Positions 1-9,218 of a DNA stretch of 64,000 nucleotides are shown piece after piece. The DNA is taken from positions 49,560-113,559 of the forward strand of contig JBKECN010000057.1 in assembly GCA_047974565.1 (NCBI GenBank), in the 5' to 3' direction. Within the stretch, counting starts at the first letter, position 1. Each line of letters opens with the position of its first letter. The notes under the pieces were generated by a model that ran no database searches, was not told the DNA's origin, and was given only the letters and a program-made list of their open reading frames with translations. A program made the translations under genes and the position numbers. Origin of the DNA: Actinomycetales bacterium (GTDB lineage: Bacteria > Actinomycetota > Actinomycetes > Actinomycetales > CAWJMD01).

Positions 1-615
1 CAGCACCAGGGCCACCTCCCGGTCGAGCGCGGACAGGTAGGCGTTGCGGCTCGACATGGCCAGACCGTCGGCCTCGCGGACGGTGGGGGTGGCCACCACC
101 TCCACCGGGAAGTCCAGATCGTGCGCCATCCGCCGGATCAACAGCAGCTGCTGGGCGTCCTTCTGCCCGAAGAAGGCCAGGTCGGGGCGGGTCATGTGCA
201 GGAGCTTGGAGACCACCGTGAGCACCCCGTCGAAATGCCCGGGGCGCGAGGCGCCTTCCAGCACGGTGCCCAGCCGCCCCGCCGACACGGTGATCCCGGG
301 CGGCCCGTCGGGATAGACCACGTCCGGGGCGGGCGCGAAGACCACGTCGACGCCCTCGGCGGAGAGCAGTTCCAGGTCGCGGTCCAGGGTCCGGGGATAC
401 TTGGCCAGGTCCTCATTCGCGCCGAACTGCAGCGGGTTGAGGAAGATGGTGGCGATCACCGAGGCAGCCTTGGTGCGGGCATCGCGCACCAGTTGCACGT
501 GTCCGTCATGCAAGGCCCCCATCGTCATGACCACGGCGACCGGCCCTTCCAACTGCGCCCGGGCCCGGGAGAGCTCTTCGCGATTGCGGATCAGACGAGG
601 CAACTGGGTGCTCAC
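1..615 (-). CDS. panC: pantoate--beta-alanine ligase, partial (C-terminal part lies beyond the left window edge)
   Basis: Manual reverse translation from GTG at 615..613 gives [50 protein letters not shown]. The MGALHxGH nucleotidyltransferase motif is present. The ORF is absent from the track, presumably because it runs off the window edge. Confidence 0.85.
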   Translation of the reverse strand, partial: MSTQLPRLIRNREELSRARAQLEGPVAVVMTMGALHDGHVQLVRDARTKAASVIATIFLNPLQFGANEDLAKYPRTLDRDLELLSAEGVDVVFAPAPDVVYPDGPPGITVSAGRLGTVLEGASRPGHFDGVLTVVSKLLHMTRPDLAFFGQKDAQQLLLIRRMAHDLDFPVEVVATPTVREADGLAMSSRNAYLSALDREVALVL

Positions 616-626
616 GAGGGGCCAAC

Positions 627-1619
627 CTAGCGCGAAGTATCCGCCAATGCGTCGAGCAGGAGCTGGGCCACCTCGGGCTTGAGCCGGCCCTGGGCCAGGG
701 CCCGGTCGGCGGTGGCCCGGGCCAGCGCGAGATAACTAGCCAGAATGTCCGGGGAGTCCGATGTGTGATGGCGGATCACCTGGACGTGACTGGCCACCGT
801 CCCCGCGTCACCGCGCGCCACCGGGCCGGTGAGGGCTTCGTCACCTCGGCCCAGCGAGTTCTCCAGGGACGCCCCGAGCAGCGGGCCGAGCAGGCGGCCC
901 GGGTCCTCCACACCGGCCCGGCCGAGCAGATCCCGGGCCTGGGCGACGAGCGTGACCAAGTGGTTCGAGCCGTGCGAGAGCGCCGCGTGGTAGAGCCCGC
1001 GATCCTGTTCGGCGATCACCACCGGCTCGGCACCCAGTTCGACCACCAGCGCCTGGGCCACCGGCAGCACCGGACCGGGCGCGGTGACCCCGAAGCAGCA
1101 GTCCAGCAGGCGCACGGTGTCGAGGCTGGTACCGGTGAAGGTCATCGCCGGGTGGATCGCCAGCGGGATGGCTCCGCTGCGCAGCGCCGGTTCGAGCACG
1201 TCGACGCCGTAGCGGCCGGAGGTGTGCACGACGAGTTGCCCTGGTCGCCAGGTCCGGGTGCTGGCCAGGCCCTCGACCAGCCCGGGCAGGGCGTCGTCCG
1301 GCACGGTGAGCAGCACCAGTTCGCTGCGCTCGACCACGGTGGCCACGTCCAGCACCGGCACGCCCGGCAGCAGGGCCTCGGCCCGGTCCAGGCTGGCCTC
1401 GGAGACCGCGCTCACCCCGACCACGGCATGGCCTGCGGCGCGCAGGGCGTTGCCCAGCACCGCCCCGACCCGGCCCGCACCGACCACCCCGACGCCGAGT
1501 CGTCCCGGCTTGCGCGACGCCGCTGCATCGGCTGGAGCCGGCCGGTCTTGCGAGGATTGCGCGCCGGACCGTCCCGGCTCTTGCGCCGGGGTCGACGGGC
1601 CACCCGATGACACGCTCAC
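627..1619 (-). CDS. Rossmann-fold DUF2520-type putative oxidoreductase
   Basis: Inner part of track ORF 627..1877. Contains [18 protein letters not shown] (GxGxxG). A gene of this type commonly sits upstream of panC in actinobacteria. Start trimmed to a verified GTG at 1619 (another GTG at 1613); the longer ORF overlaps the divergent gene. Confidence 0.7.
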   Translation of the reverse strand: MSVSSGGPSTPAQEPGRSGAQSSQDRPAPADAAASRKPGRLGVGVVGAGRVGAVLGNALRAAGHAVVGVSAVSEASLDRAEALLPGVPVLDVATVVERSELVLLTVPDDALPGLVEGLASTRTWRPGQLVVHTSGRYGVDVLEPALRSGAIPLAIHPAMTFTGTSLDTVRLLDCCFGVTAPGPVLPVAQALVVELGAEPVVIAEQDRGLYHAALSHGSNHLVTLVAQARDLLGRAGVEDPGRLLGPLLGASLENSLGRGDEALTGPVARGDAGTVASHVQVIRHHTSDSPDILASYLALARATADRALAQGRLKPEVAQLLLDALADTSR

Positions 1620-1737
1620 ACGCCAGAGCCTAGGGCCTGCCCTCAGATCAGCGCCTGGGCACGCGGAACCCCGGGCGGGCCCGAGGCTCGCGCCGGCTCG
1701 AGGTGTCCTAGGGTGGCGGGCGATCCGAGGGAGAGTG

Positions 1738-2472
1738 ATGGGACGCTTCCAGCAGGCGGTGCAACTGGCCGGGATCGACCGGTCCGGCCTGGAGGTCGCC
1801 GACCTCGGCTGTGGTTCCGGGCGGCTCCTGGACGCCCTGTTCGAGGGCGCTCTGGCACCCTCGCGGGTGCACGCCATCGACCACGCCTCCGGGCTGGACG
1901 ATCATCTGCTCACCGATCCACGGGTCCGCAGCGTCACCGCCGACCTGGACGAGCCGCTTGGCCTGCCGACCGCCGGCCTGGACCGGGTGTTCAGTGTCAA
2001 CGCACTGGAGCATCTCGTCGATCCGGTGGCGCATGTGCGGGAGATCCACCGCGTGTTGCGTCCGGGAGGGCTCGCGGTGATCGTGCACAGCGACTGGGAC
2101 ACCGCGCTGTTCGCCGGCGCCGACGACACCCTGACCCGTCGGCTGGTGGACAACTTCGTCGCCGCGATGCCGACCTGGGTGCGTCGTGCCGACGGCTTCA
2201 TGGGGCGCCGGCTGCTCCGGCTGCCACGCCTCGCCGCCGCCCAGGGCGCGCCGTTCGCGCAGGTCGAGGTGAGCACGTGGGCCGATACCCACCGACGCTT
2301 CGACGACGACTCCCTCGCTCACAAGGTGGCGATGGGGATGGCGATGGCCGGTGCCGCCGAGCCCGGACTCTGCGGATCCGTGGCGGGTTGGCTGGACGCC
2401 CTCGAGCAGGCCTGCGAGGCCGGGGAGTTCCTGTTCAGCGTCACCGACGTGGCCCTGGTGCTGCGCCGATGA
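1738..2472 (+). CDS. class I SAM-dependent methyltransferase
   Basis: Verified ATG at 1738, preceded by gagggagag. Motif I is VADLGCGSGRLL. This is the inner part of track ORF 1222..2472. Confidence 0.75.
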   Translation: MGRFQQAVQLAGIDRSGLEVADLGCGSGRLLDALFEGALAPSRVHAIDHASGLDDHLLTDPRVRSVTADLDEPLGLPTAGLDRVFSVNALEHLVDPVAHVREIHRVLRPGGLAVIVHSDWDTALFAGADDTLTRRLVDNFVAAMPTWVRRADGFMGRRLLRLPRLAAAQGAPFAQVEVSTWADTHRRFDDDSLAHKVAMGMAMAGAAEPGLCGSVAGWLDALEQACEAGEFLFSVTDVALVLRR

Positions 2473-3542
2473 GCACGTCGGGCAATGCGGAGGGCAAGGC
2501 GGTGACCAGCGTGAGTTGGCGGACGGCCTGGCAACAGGCACTGTACGGGCCGGACGGCTTCTACCGTCGTCACCTTCCGGCCAACCACTTCCGCACGTCG
2601 AGCATCGCCGCCGCCGACGTGCTGGCCGAGGCGCTGGATGCCCTCACCGAGCGCTTCGGACTGCGCCGAGTGGTGGAGGTGGGTGCCGGTGGCGGCGAGT
2701 TGCTGACCGCTCTGCGGCACAACGGCTCTGACCTGCAGCTGACCGGAGTGGAGATGCGCCCGCGCCCGGAGGGCCTCGACCCCGAGATCGGCTGGCAGGA
2801 GTCCCTGCCGACCTTGGACGACACCCCGACCCTGCTGGTCGCCATCGAGGTGCTGGACGTCATCCCGGTGACGATCGCGGAGCAGGACGCCTCCGGTGCG
2901 ATGCGCGAGGTGCTGGTGACCCCCGATGGGAGCGAGGATCTGGGGCCGGGAGTGGACGAGGCCGATGGGGCCTGGTACCGGCGCTGGCACCACCAGCGGT
3001 ATCGCCGGGCCGAGATCGGGCGGACCCGCGATGATTTCGCTGCGTTGCTGGCGCAGTCGCTGCCGCAGGGCACCCTGTTGCTGGTCGACTACGGTCACCT
3101 CGGCCCGTCACCGACGCCCACCCTGACCGGCTTTCGCGCCGGACGCGCGGTGCCCGCCGTCCCGGACGGGTCGTGCGATCTGACCGCGCACGTGCGCTGG
3201 GACTCCCTCGTCGAACGGGTGCGGACGCTGCCGGGGATGAGCGATCCGTGGTTGCAGACCCAGCGTGAGGCCTTGCGTGAACTGTGTGGGGTGCCCGGCC
3301 TCAGGCACCCCACCCAGGTGATCGGCAGGCCACCGAGCGCCGTGGACCCGCTCTCGCCGTCGACGCCCTCGACGGGGCCGGGTCCCGACCATCCCAGCCC
3401 CGCCGTCGGCGACCCGTCCGCCTACCTGACCGAACTCAACCGGCGTTCGCTGTTCGCCGAACTCACCGACCCGGACGGCCTGGGGGCCCAGCACTGGCTG
3501 ATCAGCCACGCCGGTGCCAGTGCGCACTCGCCGGGCTCGTGA
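2469..3542 (+). CDS. SAM-dependent methyltransferase, MidA/DUF185-like
   Basis: ATG at 2469 overlaps the upstream TGA (ATGA). Contains LYGPDGFYRR..HFRTSS..VVEVGAGGGELL. This is the inner part of track ORF 1713..3542. Confidence 0.6.
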   Translation: MSTSGNAEGKAVTSVSWRTAWQQALYGPDGFYRRHLPANHFRTSSIAAADVLAEALDALTERFGLRRVVEVGAGGGELLTALRHNGSDLQLTGVEMRPRPEGLDPEIGWQESLPTLDDTPTLLVAIEVLDVIPVTIAEQDASGAMREVLVTPDGSEDLGPGVDEADGAWYRRWHHQRYRRAEIGRTRDDFAALLAQSLPQGTLLLVDYGHLGPSPTPTLTGFRAGRAVPAVPDGSCDLTAHVRWDSLVERVRTLPGMSDPWLQTQREALRELCGVPGLRHPTQVIGRPPSAVDPLSPSTPSTGPGPDHPSPAVGDPSAYLTELNRRSLFAELTDPDGLGAQHWLISHAGASAHSPGS

Positions 3543-3568
3543 CCTGGCCCGTTCGCTGGTGGCGCGTC

Positions 3569-5056
3569 TCAGGCCAGCGTGAACACGAGCCAACTCAACA
3601 CGAAACCGACTGCCGCGCAGGCTGTGGTGAGCACCGTCCAGGTCTTGAGCCCATCGGCGATCGACAGGCCCAGATACTTGGTGACGATCCAGAAGCCGGA
3701 ATCGTTGATGTGCGAAAGGCCGAGCGCACCGAAACCGATGGCCAAGGTGATCGCCACCACCTGGACGGTGGAGTAATCCCCGGCCTGGATGCCCGGTGAG
3801 AGCAGGCCGCCGGTGGTCAGGATCGCCACCGTGGCCGAGCCCTGCGCCGCCCGCAGGGCCAGTGAGATGACCCAGGCGGCCACGATCAGCGGCAGTCCCA
3901 CCGCGGTCAGCGACGTCGACAGGGCGTCACCGATTCCGGATTCCACCAGCACATTGCCGAACACTCCCCCGGCGCCGGTGACGAAGATGATCACCGCGAC
4001 GGTGGGCAACGCCGAGTCGCTGACCAGACTGCGCCGCTGCGCGCTCCAGCCCGCCCGGTTGCCGATCAGCACGTAGGCCACCAGCAGGCCGACCAGCAGA
4101 GCGGTCGTCGGTGCGCCGACGAACTGGGCAAGCGGGCGCAGTGCGGAGTCCTCGCCGAGCACCGTCTGCAAGGTCGAGCCGATCATGATCATCGAGATGG
4201 GCAGGACGATGAGGAAGATGACCATCGCCGTGGACGGCACGGTTCGCCGTTCGGTGGCCGTCACCGTCCCACCGCCACCGCTCGCGCCGGTGGTGCGGAC
4301 TGGGGCGGATCCACCCGTGCCCGGCTCGTGCTCGAGACGGGCGGTCCGGGTACTCGAGCCGGCGGCCGGGTCGGTGTCGGCGGAGGTGTCGGTGAGGGTG
4401 TCGGTGGAGGCGTCGGTGGCGGGCGAGGGGAGCAGGGTGATGGCGTCGAGCCGGAAGACCCGGGCCAGCAGGTAGCCGGCCAAGGCCACCGGAATACACA
4501 GGGCGATGCCCACCAGGGTCAGCAACCCCACGTCTGTGCCGATCTGGGCCGCCGAGGCCACCGGGCCCGGGTGCGGTGGCAGCGCGACGTGCACGGTGAG
4601 CAGCGTGATCGCCACCGGCAGACCGATCTTCAACGGATTGATCCCGGTGACGTGGGCGAAGCCGAAGATGATCGGCGCCAGAATGATGAAGCCCACGTCG
4701 AAGAACACCGGGATGCCGAGGATGAAAGCGGCGCAGGTCAGCGCGGCCACCACTCGCTTCTCGCCGAGCCGCTCGGTGAAGGTCCGGGCCAGATGGTCGG
4801 CACCCCCGGAAACCTCGATCAGCCGACCGAGCATGGACCCGAGCCCGACGATGATGGCCACCGAGCCGAGCACCTTTCCCATCCCGGCGACCATCACCGG
4901 CACCACCTCCTCCAGGGGGATGGCGTCGGTGACCAGGGCGGTGCCCATGCTCACCAGAAGCAGCGCGACGAAGGCCGGGAGCTTGACCTTGATCACCAGG
5001 ACCAGCAGGACGATGACGGCACCGATCGCGATGCCCAGCAGAGCAGCGGTTCCCAT
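3569..5056 (-). CDS. GntP-family (gluconate/acid-sugar:H+) permease
   Basis: 495-aa polytopic ORF. The N-terminus MGTAALLGIAIGAVIVLLVLVIKVKLPAFVALLL and GIPVFFDVGFIILAPI are typical of GntP. The central loop carries a Thr/Asp/Gly-rich insertion. Confidence 0.85.
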   Translation of the reverse strand: MGTAALLGIAIGAVIVLLVLVIKVKLPAFVALLLVSMGTALVTDAIPLEEVVPVMVAGMGKVLGSVAIIVGLGSMLGRLIEVSGGADHLARTFTERLGEKRVVAALTCAAFILGIPVFFDVGFIILAPIIFGFAHVTGINPLKIGLPVAITLLTVHVALPPHPGPVASAAQIGTDVGLLTLVGIALCIPVALAGYLLARVFRLDAITLLPSPATDASTDTLTDTSADTDPAAGSSTRTARLEHEPGTGGSAPVRTTGASGGGGTVTATERRTVPSTAMVIFLIVLPISMIMIGSTLQTVLGEDSALRPLAQFVGAPTTALLVGLLVAYVLIGNRAGWSAQRRSLVSDSALPTVAVIIFVTGAGGVFGNVLVESGIGDALSTSLTAVGLPLIVAAWVISLALRAAQGSATVAILTTGGLLSPGIQAGDYSTVQVVAITLAIGFGALGLSHINDSGFWIVTKYLGLSIADGLKTWTVLTTACAAVGFVLSWLVFTLA

Positions 5057-5059
5057 GGC

Positions 5060-5956
5060 TCACACCGCCTTTCGCTGCGGGGCGATGACCTTGATGACGC
5101 TGGAGTCGTCGTCGGCTCCCTGGCCCGCGGCCTGGCCGATCAGGTAGAGACCCTCCGCGGCAGCGGCCAGCGGCGTGGCCAGCCCCGCGGCCCGCGCCGC
5201 GGCATTGACGATGCCGAGGTCCTTGACGAAGATGTCGACGCGGCTTCGCACCTGGGCACCCTCGTCGTCGTAGGCCTGCAACATCCGCGGGCCCCGATCG
5301 GCGAGCATGAAGGACGCTGCGGCTCCCTCGCCCAGGGTCCGCAGGGCCGTCTCCGGGTCCAGCCCGAGTGCGTCCGCGAGCGCGAGGGCCTCGGCTGCGG
5401 CTGCGATGTGCACCCCGCACAGCAACTGGTTCACGGTCTTCATGGCCTGGCCGTCCCCTGGCCGGGAGCCGATCCGCACCAGCGTCGAGGCCAGCCGGGC
5501 GAGCACCGGCTCTGCGGTGGCAAATGCCTCGTCGGTAGCCCCCACCGTGATGAGCAGGTCGCCGGTGCCCGCCCTGGCGGGTCCACCCGAGATCGGGGCG
5601 TCCACCAGTTGCCGGCCCTCGGCGAGCAGGCGGTCGGCGACCTCGCGGACCGGGTCGATGCCCACGGTGGAGGTCAGCAGCACGCAGGCGCCCGCGCCGA
5701 GAACCTCAACCACCCCCCGCGCGCCGTAGAGGGCGTCCAGGAGCTGAGCCTGGCTGCGCACGGCGAGCAGCAGGATGTCGGCTCCCGCGGCGGCCTGGCG
5801 GGCATCTGTTGCAGGCGTGACACCTGCGGCGGCGGCCAGTTCCCGGCGCGCCTGGTCGGGGTCATAGCCCCGGACCTGATGGGTCTGGGCCAGGCGGGTG
5901 GCCATCGGCAGGCCCATGGCCCCCAGGCCGAGGACGGCGATCGTTGGATCCTTCAT
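5060..5956 (-). CDS. NAD(P)-dependent beta-hydroxyacid dehydrogenase (HIBADH family, LtnD-like)
   Basis: Contains IAVLGLGAMGLPMA (Rossmann) and DAPISGGPARAGTGDL. ATG verified at 5956, with aaaggga about 7 nt upstream. Lies 3 nt upstream of the GntP start. Confidence 0.8.
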   Translation of the reverse strand: MKDPTIAVLGLGAMGLPMATRLAQTHQVRGYDPDQARRELAAAAGVTPATDARQAAAGADILLLAVRSQAQLLDALYGARGVVEVLGAGACVLLTSTVGIDPVREVADRLLAEGRQLVDAPISGGPARAGTGDLLITVGATDEAFATAEPVLARLASTLVRIGSRPGDGQAMKTVNQLLCGVHIAAAAEALALADALGLDPETALRTLGEGAAASFMLADRGPRMLQAYDDEGAQVRSRVDIFVKDLGIVNAAARAAGLATPLAAAAEGLYLIGQAAGQGADDDSSVIKVIAPQRKAV

Positions 5957-5999
5957 CGTAATCCCTTTCTTTGCAGTACTTTTCATGGATCTGGTGGCC

Positions 6000-7448
6000 T
6001 CAGGCGGCCCGGAGGATGTCGACGACGTCGGCGAGGGACTCCTCGTCTCCGACGTTGCCGGCGAAGACGATGTACGGGATTCCCCGCGCGGGCCCGGTCA
6101 TCGGCTCCCAGAGAGAGACCAGACCGGGCAGCATCGGGCCGCGCACCATGGCTCGGCCGATGCCCAGCCCGCGGGAGGCCACGTCGCTGGAGGTGATGCC
6201 TCCCTTGGCGACGACGAACCGGGGTGGGGTGCGCTGCAGGACGCTGCGGACGACCTGCACGACCGCGTCGGAGACCTCGCGGGCGATCCGCAGGGAGTCG
6301 TCGCCGTCACTGCCGCGAACCAGCGTGCGGGAGGTGCGCAGCACCACCTCACCGGTCGCCAACGCTCTGCACACGTCGCTGACGACCTGATCCACGTGCT
6401 GGGCCCGGCCTTGGGTGAGCACCGTGGCAACGTCGATCTCGACCTCGACGAGGCCTCGGCGGCTACCGAGTGCGGCAAGTTGGCGTGTGGTCAGGTCGAC
6501 GTGGCTGCCGATGACGATGAGGCCGTGGTTGGCGCGGGCGTCGCGCTGAGCCGGGTCGGCATCGCGGTTGACTGCGACGATCTCGCCCACCTCGGCGGCG
6601 GTCAGCGGTGAGCGCACGTCCTGCCCGAGGATGGCTCGCCCGAAGGGCGGCCCGACCCGGAAGACGAATCGCCGGCCGGCGCGCTCGGCGGCGCGCACCG
6701 CCAGGGCCAGCGCGAGCAGGTCCTGCTCGTCAGCGCAGTCGACCACCACGACGCGCGAGTCACCCATCCCGGCGAGCACGTCGCCGGCGCCTGCGCTGCG
6801 CAGCACCGCGAGGGTCAGCGGGACGATCTGATCGGCCGGAATCAGACCGGCCGACTTCTCCACCACCCAGTCACGCAGGTCGGAACTGCGGTATCCGAAG
6901 GTGGCGTCCCGGGCGAACTCGCTCTCGCCGACCGGGATGTACCCGTCGGTCTCGTTGCCCGCGTAGTGGACGCTGTTCACGGTGATCCGGCCCGCCTCGG
7001 GGAAGGCGGGCACCAGGATGACGCCGTCGACTCGGTGGCCGGCGGCGGCGAGTTCCTCGACGATGCTGTCCGGCTCCAGGGGGAAATGGCCGCGCAGGGT
7101 GGAGTCGCCGCGGCTGACGAAGTCGACCTCGCGGCCGAGGCTGGCCGACGCCTGCAAGGCCGCGCGCACCACCTCCCGGTTGCGTTCGGCGGCCGAGGTG
7201 GGGTCGAGCGACCGGGAGTTCGTCATCACGTAGACAGCCGGGGCGCCCGAGTCCAGGGCCCAGACCAGGTCATCCACGGACCAGGCGGTGAGCACCGGCA
7301 GGTCGGCCACGGACTGGGTCCCGGTCGGGTCGTCGTCCAGGACGACGAGCTGGCGGGCGCCCTGGAGGGCGGCGCGGACCTGGGCCGGGTCGACCGGCAG
7401 GGGCGGGGGGATGGCGGCGAGAAGTTCTTCGCGAGCGAGTGGCATCAT
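6000..7448 (-). CDS. four-carbon acid sugar kinase family protein (DUF1537, OtnK/DtnK-like)
   Basis: 482-aa ORF. Contains VVLDDDPTGTQS near the N-terminus and KGGITSSDVA near the C-terminus, both typical of DUF1537 kinases. ATG verified at 7448. Confidence 0.8.
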   Translation of the reverse strand: MMPLAREELLAAIPPPLPVDPAQVRAALQGARQLVVLDDDPTGTQSVADLPVLTAWSVDDLVWALDSGAPAVYVMTNSRSLDPTSAAERNREVVRAALQASASLGREVDFVSRGDSTLRGHFPLEPDSIVEELAAAGHRVDGVILVPAFPEAGRITVNSVHYAGNETDGYIPVGESEFARDATFGYRSSDLRDWVVEKSAGLIPADQIVPLTLAVLRSAGAGDVLAGMGDSRVVVVDCADEQDLLALALAVRAAERAGRRFVFRVGPPFGRAILGQDVRSPLTAAEVGEIVAVNRDADPAQRDARANHGLIVIGSHVDLTTRQLAALGSRRGLVEVEIDVATVLTQGRAQHVDQVVSDVCRALATGEVVLRTSRTLVRGSDGDDSLRIAREVSDAVVQVVRSVLQRTPPRFVVAKGGITSSDVASRGLGIGRAMVRGPMLPGLVSLWEPMTGPARGIPYIVFAGNVGDEESLADVVDILRAA

Positions 7449-7458
7449 TACCTCAATT

Positions 7459-7474
7459 CATCTGACCTCTGATG
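7459..7474. promoter_or_regulatory. candidate operator: imperfect palindrome CATCTGA-CC-TCTGATG, just upstream of the RBS of the kinase operon
   Basis: Read directly. Shares GACCTCTGAT with the perfect palindrome at 8450..8463 upstream of the GntR gene. A related palindrome, TCATCAGATGA, lies at 7516..7526. Confidence 0.35.
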
Positions 7475-7570
7475 ATTTGATGACGGTAGCGAGTGCCCGA
7501 GGAGGCGTCAAGAAGTCATCAGATGATTTTCGTCGATCAGGCGGAGGCACTCGGCTGCGGGGGCGAGCCG

Positions 7571-7680
7571 GGGTGAGCACGGGCTGGCACGGAACTGGGG
7601 TGGGCATCCAGCTGAGGGTGAGCACGGGGCTGGCACGGACTGGGGGCGGGCATCCAGCTGGGGGTGAGCACAGCCGGCAC
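7571..7680. repeat. 45-46 bp tandem repeat, about 2.4 copies (GGGTGAGCACGGGCTGGCACGGAACTGGGGTGGGCATCCAGCTGA)
   Basis: Units read directly at 7571-7615 and 7616-7661, with a partial unit at 7662-7680. Intergenic, between the GntR stop and the kinase operon promoter. Confidence 0.8.
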
Positions 7681-7738
7681 CGCGGGCCGTTCGAGTGGGT
7701 CGGCACGCCTGGGGCGCCGGGTCGACCGGCGCCCAGGG

Positions 7739-8434
7739 TCACAGCGACAGGTCGTGGTCCACGGCGTCCTGACGGGTCTGGCGCATGTGCTGGCGCATCG
7801 CGCGGCGGACTGCGGACCGTTGCCCCGTCCGCAGGGCAGCGATGATCCGAGCGTGCTCGTCGATCGCATGGGTGCGGATCTGGGGCACGGTCGAGGTGGT
7901 CTGCCGGGCGTCCACCAGGGCACGTGACAAAGGCTCGAGCGTTGCGGAGATGAACGGGTTGGCACAGCCGTCCAGAATCACCTGGTGAAAGGCCAGATCT
8001 GCCTCGGCCATCGCGAGCAGGTCTTCGGCGGCGTCCGCGTCGCGCATCCGCTCCAACAGCCGGTCCAACTCGTCCAACTCGGCTTCGGTGACCCGATCGG
8101 CGAACAGTTCGGCCGCCCCTACCTCGATGAAGCCGCGCACCGCAAGCAACTGGGCCAGGAGCTGGCGTCCGTCGGCGCGTTGCACGTGCAGCACGGCTTC
8201 GACCGAGGTCCACGCGCTGATCGGCTGCACGTAGGTGCCGCTGCCCTGCCGGGTGACCAGGACGTTCTCGGCGGCCAAGCCCCGCACGGCCTCGCGCACC
8301 GTGAGGCGGCTGGACCCGGCCAGTTCGGCGAGCCGCTCCTCGGCCGGCAGCCGCTGACCGGGCGCAAAGCTCCCGGCACGGATCTCGTCCAGGATGACGG
8401 TGCGCGCGTCGTGAACCCGGCTGTGTCTGGCCAC
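7739..8434 (-). CDS. GntR/FadR-family transcriptional regulator (wHTH + FCD domain)
   Basis: Contains RLPAEERLAELAGSSRLTVREAVRGLAAENVLVTRQGSGTYV plus a helical C-terminal domain. GTG start verified at 8434. Confidence 0.85.
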   Translation of the reverse strand: MARHSRVHDARTVILDEIRAGSFAPGQRLPAEERLAELAGSSRLTVREAVRGLAAENVLVTRQGSGTYVQPISAWTSVEAVLHVQRADGRQLLAQLLAVRGFIEVGAAELFADRVTEAELDELDRLLERMRDADAAEDLLAMAEADLAFHQVILDGCANPFISATLEPLSRALVDARQTTSTVPQIRTHAIDEHARIIAALRTGQRSAVRRAMRQHMRQTRQDAVDHDLSL

Positions 8435-8449
8435 CCGTCCCCCTAAGAG

Positions 8450-8463
8450 ATCAGACCTCTGAT
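8450..8463. promoter_or_regulatory. candidate GntR autoregulatory operator: perfect palindrome ATCAGA-CC-TCTGAT
   Basis: Read directly. Lies 15 nt upstream of the GntR GTG, in a locally AT-rich stretch (aagagatcagacctctgatatatg). Confidence 0.4.
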
Positions 8464-8472
8464 ATATGCCCC

Positions 8473-9066
8473 CTACCCTAGGGCACCATCCTGGGCCTTC
8501 TGCTTCTCCCAGCGGCGCAGCGCGCGGATCCGCTTCAACCGGGGAACTCGATCCAGGTAGACCAGCCCGCGCAGATGATCGGTCTCATGCTGCAGGCAGC
8601 GGCCCAGCAGTGCGGAGCCGATCACCTGCACCGGCTCGCCCTCGACGTCGACCCCGGATACGGCGGCGCAATCGGCGCGGTTGGTGGGCTCCAGCAGGCC
8701 CAGCACGGACAGGCATCCCTCATCCCAGTCCAGGGTCTCGCCCCAGGTCCGGTCGAGCCGGCTGTTCACCAGGTATCCGACCCCACTCGCCGGGGGCATC
8801 GCGCGCTGACCATGTGCCTGGTCGTGCGAGGCCCTGGCGTCGCCATCCGGGCAGTCGTAGACGAAGACGTCCAGGTCGCTGCCGATCTGATTGGCAGCCA
8901 GGCCGACGCCGTCGGCGGCGTACATCGAGGCGAACATGTCATCCACCAGTCGGCGCAGCCTCTCGTCGAACGAGGTCACCGGGGTGGCCGCGGTACGCAG
9001 CACCGGGTCGCCCAACTGGCGGATCGCCCGTGCGGTGCCGCGATCGGGATCGGGGGTCCAGGTCAT
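8473..9066 (-). CDS. def: peptide deformylase
   Basis: The three canonical motifs are present: GVGLAANQIG, EGCLS and HETDHLRG. Confidence 0.9.
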   Translation of the reverse strand: MTWTPDPDRGTARAIRQLGDPVLRTAATPVTSFDERLRRLVDDMFASMYAADGVGLAANQIGSDLDVFVYDCPDGDARASHDQAHGQRAMPPASGVGYLVNSRLDRTWGETLDWDEGCLSVLGLLEPTNRADCAAVSGVDVEGEPVQVIGSALLGRCLQHETDHLRGLVYLDRVPRLKRIRALRRWEKQKAQDGALG

Positions 9067-9150
9067 GGGGTCAGTCTGCCAAGCATCGCCGGTCCGGACC
9101 GCAGAGGTGTCGGTGACGAGCCTGGGGCCGGACGCAGGTGGCTTGCCCCA

Positions 9151-9191
9151 CCGGCAGCCGGGTCACCCCGTGGGAGTGATCCGGCTGCCGG
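9151..9191 (-). terminator. strong hairpin downstream of the DDAH-like gene
   Basis: CCGGCAGCCGGGTCAC / GTGATCCGGCTGCCGG forms a stem of about 16 bp (one G-U pair) with a 9-nt loop, about 28 nt after the stop at 9219. There is no U-tract, which is common in high-GC actinobacteria. Confidence 0.5.
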
Positions 9192-9218
9192 CCGGACCTG
9201 AGGCAAGCGGTCCAGGGG

